From: Bacteroidota bacterium
Lineage (GTDB): Bacteria; Bacteroidota; Ignavibacteria; Kryptoniales; JAKASW01
Direction: 5' to 3'
Length of the DNA: 64,000 bases
NCBI GenBank assembly: GCA_021845665.1
Contig: JAJZVO010000008.1
Span: 12,448-76,447 of the forward strand
The notes below the pieces were generated by a model. It was not told the origin of the DNA, searched no databases, and was given only the letters and a program-made list of their open reading frames with translations. Positions 61,451-64,000 of this stretch are shown piece by piece. The translations under genes were made by a program, and so were the position numbers. The stretch's first letter is position 1. The number at the start of each line of letters is the position of its first letter.

Positions 61451-62092
61451 TTATCGCGGAAGCGGTCCGTAAACTTCGCCGCGGCAAATCCAGACTTTCA
61501 CTCCGATCAATCCATAGATAGTTCTCGCAGCAACGCTGGCATAGTCAATATCGGCACGAAGCGTGTGTAGCGGAACCCGACCTTCGCGATATTGTTCGGT
61601 TCGGGCTATCTCGGCCCCGCCGAGTCTGCCGGCGCACATCACGCGAATTCCTTCGGCACCCATCCGCGACGCGGATGTGATCGCATTCTTCATCGCGCGG
61701 CGGAAGTTTATTCTTCCCTCAAGCTGGCTCGCGATGTTTTCGGCAACGAGGTACGCATCAAGTTCGGGACGCTTTATTTCAAACGTCTTTATCTTTACGG
61801 CTTCCCGGCCAGTAAGCTTCTTCAACTCAGCCTCCAGCTGATTCACATCTTTTCCGCTCTTGCCGATGACGATACCCGGACGACTCGTGTGAATTGAGAC
61901 GGTCATCTGGCTTCCTTTGCGCTCGATAACCAGGCGCGAGACTCCGGCCTTACTGAGGCGGTTCCTCAGATAATTCCTGACCTTCTCATCTTCCGTCAAT
62001 AACTTCGAATATCCCTTACGCTCAAACCAAGTCGAATCCCAATCACGGGTCACTCCGAGTCTGAAGCCGATAGGATTAGTCTTTTGTCCCAA
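61451..62092 (-). CDS. rpsC: 30S ribosomal protein S3
   Basis: (M)[19 protein letters not shown]... Start placed at TTG 62092, with GGAGGA 4 nt upstream, giving the canonical MGQK N-terminus. The track start GTG 62104 adds 4 residues. Confidence 0.95.
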   Translation of the reverse strand: MGQKTNPIGFRLGVTRDWDSTWFERKGYSKLLTEDEKVRNYLRNRLSKAGVSRLVIERKGSQMTVSIHTSRPGIVIGKSGKDVNQLEAELKKLTGREAVKIKTFEIKRPELDAYLVAENIASQLEGRINFRRAMKNAITSASRMGAEGIRVMCAGRLGGAEIARTEQYREGRVPLHTLRADIDYASVAARTIYGLIGVKVWICRGEVYGPLPR

Positions 62093-62143
62093 AAGTTCCT
62101 CCACAATAGCTGCCGGTCGACAGCTGGCAGCTCATAAATGGTT

Positions 62144-62488
62144 TCATTCCTTTGTTGCCACAACAACCGTAATGTGATTACTTCTTTTCCTGATTCGATA
62201 CGCACGTCCCTGGGGCGCGGGCAACACTCTCTTCGCCATCGGACCGCCATCGACAAATATCTCTTTCACAAACAAACTCTCTTCGTCAACCTTGCCGACA
62301 TCTTCACGGTTCATGATATTGGCAACTGCCGAACGAACGGCCTTCTCTGCATCCTTGGCGGCATGCTTCGGTGAGAAGTGCAATATCGACAACGCCTGGC
62401 CGACACTCTTTCCACGGATCAAATCGACAACCAGCCTCATCTTCCTCGGTGACGACCCGATATATCTGGCTACTGCTTTAGACTCCAT
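62144..62488 (-). CDS. rplV: 50S ribosomal protein L22
   Basis: AVARYIGSSPRKMRLVVDLIRGKSV..AL..L. Confidence 0.95.
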   Translation of the reverse strand: MESKAVARYIGSSPRKMRLVVDLIRGKSVGQALSILHFSPKHAAKDAEKAVRSAVANIMNREDVGKVDEESLFVKEIFVDGGPMAKRVLPAPQGRAYRIRKRSNHITVVVATKE

Positions 62489-62502
62489 TTCCTTAGACTC
62501 CT

Positions 62503-62790
62503 TTAATCGGCCTTTGCGGTCTTTTCCGACTTCACACCCGGATGAGCCCTGAAGGTACGAGTCGCGGCAAACTCGCCTAACCTGTGCCCTACCATCGCTT
62601 CGATGATATACACCGGAATGAACTTGTTCCCGTTGTGAACCGCGAAGGTATGACCCACAAAATCCGGGACGATCATACTGGCTCGCGACCAGGTTTTGAT
62701 TACCTTTTTCTGGTTCTTCTTGTTAAGATCCTCGACTCTTTTCATGAGCTTCGGATCAACGAATATACCTTTTTTTACAGAACGCGCCAT
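62503..62790 (-). CDS. rpsS: 30S ribosomal protein S19
   Basis: [12 protein letters not shown]..., [17 protein letters not shown]. Confidence 0.95.
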   Translation of the reverse strand: MARSVKKGIFVDPKLMKRVEDLNKKNQKKVIKTWSRASMIVPDFVGHTFAVHNGNKFIPVYIIEAMVGHRLGEFAATRTFRAHPGVKSEKTAKAD

Positions 62791-62803
62791 GTCATTCCAA
62801 CCG

Positions 62804-63631
62804 TTACTTTCTACGTTTCACGATATACTTATTGGACTGTTTGTTTCTTTTGCGGGTCTTACGTCCCTTCGTCTTCCAGCCCCATGGGGACACAGGATGG
62901 GGATTGCCCTGAGGCGACTTTCCTTCACCGCCGCCGTGCGGATGGTCAACCGGGTTCATGACGACGCCTCTGGACTGCGGCCTGACACCGAGCCAGCGGA
63001 GCCTGCCCGCTTTTCCCCAGCTGATGTTTTCGTATTCGGCGTTTCCGACCGTGCCTATCGTCGCCTTGCAATCCGTCCGGACCATCCTCATCTCACCGGA
63101 CGGAAGTCTTAGCGTCGCAAAATTTCCCTCTTTCGCTACAAGCTGGGCAGAGTTCCCGGCGCTTCGTGCTATCTGTGCGCCCTTGCCCGGTTTTATCTCT
63201 ACGTTATGCACCGTCGTCCCGACAGGTATGTTCTTAAGAACCATCGCATTACCGGGCTTGATCTCGGCCTGATCTCCGGTCTGCACCATATCGCCCGCTT
63301 TCAATCCGTCCGGAGCAATGATGTATCTTTTCTCTCCGTCAGCATAGAAAAGGAGTGCAATACGAGCGTTACGATTCGGATCGTATTCAATCGAGGCAAC
63401 CTTCGCATCTATTCCGGCTTTTTCACGCTTGAAATCGATAATGCGGTAAAATTTCTTGTGAGCTCCGCCGCGGTGACGTGATGTAATCCTTCCCTGGTTA
63501 TTCCTTCCACCAGAGCTCTTCAGTGGAGAGACCAAAGCTTTCTCCGGTTTCGTCTTCGTAACCTCTTTGAAGTCGGAGATCGAATAGAACCGGGTTGCCG
63601 GTGTATTTGGTTTAAGTTTCTTCAAGCCCAT
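62804..63631 (-). CDS. rplB: 50S ribosomal protein L2
   Basis: 275 aa: ..[25 protein letters not shown].., ..[14 protein letters not shown]. Confidence 0.95.
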   Translation of the reverse strand: MGLKKLKPNTPATRFYSISDFKEVTKTKPEKALVSPLKSSGGRNNQGRITSRHRGGAHKKFYRIIDFKREKAGIDAKVASIEYDPNRNARIALLFYADGEKRYIIAPDGLKAGDMVQTGDQAEIKPGNAMVLKNIPVGTTVHNVEIKPGKGAQIARSAGNSAQLVAKEGNFATLRLPSGEMRMVRTDCKATIGTVGNAEYENISWGKAGRLRWLGVRPQSRGVVMNPVDHPHGGGEGKSPQGNPHPVSPWGWKTKGRKTRKRNKQSNKYIVKRRK

Positions 63632-63697
63632 CTTAAAATCCTTTGCCGTTCATTTCGTGTTTGCTCGTATACGGCATGTCGCATATAAACCATCTGA

Positions 63698-63988
63698 TTA
63701 CGCGGCACCGAGCAAGTCAATTACGTATCCTTCCATCAGCGTCACGATGGCTTTCTTGCGCTCGGCTCGCCTTCCTTCGAAGCGACCGCGCCGGGTCATG
63801 GTGCCGATAAGTTTCCCTTTCACCACGACTGTGCGAACGCTTTTCACTTTCACCGTGAAACGCTTCTCAATTTCTTTGGCGATTTCAATCTTGTTGGAAC
63901 TACCGCTAACCTCAAACACATACTGCCTTTGTTCCTGCAGCTTCGTATTCTTTTCAGTCAGCAAGGGTCTAATTAAAACCGAACTCAT
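63698..63988 (-). CDS. rplW: 50S ribosomal protein L23
   Basis: 96 aa: IRPLLTEKNTKLQEQ.QYVFEV....KIEIAKEIEKRF.VKV..V.T. Confidence 0.9.
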   Translation of the reverse strand: MSSVLIRPLLTEKNTKLQEQRQYVFEVSGSSNKIEIAKEIEKRFTVKVKSVRTVVVKGKLIGTMTRRGRFEGRRAERKKAIVTLMEGYVIDLLGAA

Positions 63989-64000
63989 TTCGTCTCCCCG
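63985..64000 (-). CDS. rplD: Probable 3' end of 50S ribosomal protein L4 gene (rest outside window)
   Basis: Only 16 nt are visible. Frame ..GGG GAG ACG AAA TGA ends in an ATGA overlap with the rplW start. rplD is the expected upstream gene in the S10 operon. The call rests on synteny only. Confidence 0.3.

Noticed and set aside
1-64000. CRISPR arrays, IS elements, rRNA genes, toxin-antitoxin pairs and recognisable defence-system genes.
   Set aside because: No regularly spaced direct repeats were found, and no DDE, HUH or serine/tyrosine recombinase motifs. No ORF matched defence-associated domains. The only repeats are short palindromic elements and the protein-level T9SS domain repeats.

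Overview
Bacterial chromosomal window, almost entirely transcribed on the minus strand. Five secreted proteins carry the type IX secretion (T9SS) C-terminal sorting domain (..NYPNPFNP...VYNVLGQ...GVYFY.L...KKM.L.K). By inference the host is an FCB-superphylum organism (Ignavibacteriota/Bacteroidota-like). Content: (1) 1-13.3 kb, glycan capture/degradation locus: three GH79-like hydrolase paralogs, a giant RCC1-repeat protein and a beta-helix-like protein (all T9SS cargo), plus a SusC-like TonB-dependent receptor with no SusD. (2) 13.4-24.2 kb, GntR-headed sugar catabolic operon: 2-hydroxyacid DH, aldehyde DH, Tat-exported GH2, FucI-like isomerase, PfkA-family kinase, mutarotase, class-I-aldolase-like protein. 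(3) 24.2-25.0 kb, gene-free hairpin-rich region. (4) 25.0-32.7 kb, tightly coupled sulfite-to-cysteine operon: sulfite reductase, PUA-like protein, siroheme synthase, possible Zn-ribbon ORF, CysM, JAMM protease and a fused ubiquitin-like/E1/rhodanese protein. It is preceded by a Cys-codon-rich leader ORF plus terminator, a candidate attenuator and the most interesting signal found. (5) 32.8-48.8 kb, mixed genes: GH38-like mannosidase, a periplasmic DsrE-like/TsdA-like/orphan binding-protein module, nitroreductase, ArsR-LUD fusion, repeat protein, dCMP deaminase, outer-membrane barrel, T9SS metalloprotease, lipoproteins. (6) tRNA-Ser(UGA) next to a decayed CydA-like gene. (7) 49.9-64 kb, EngB and the L23-to-L17 part of the S10/spc/alpha ribosomal cluster with secY, map, infA and rpoA. 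No CRISPR array, transposase, integrase or rRNA was seen. All family calls come from motif recognition by eye and need HMM/BLAST confirmation.
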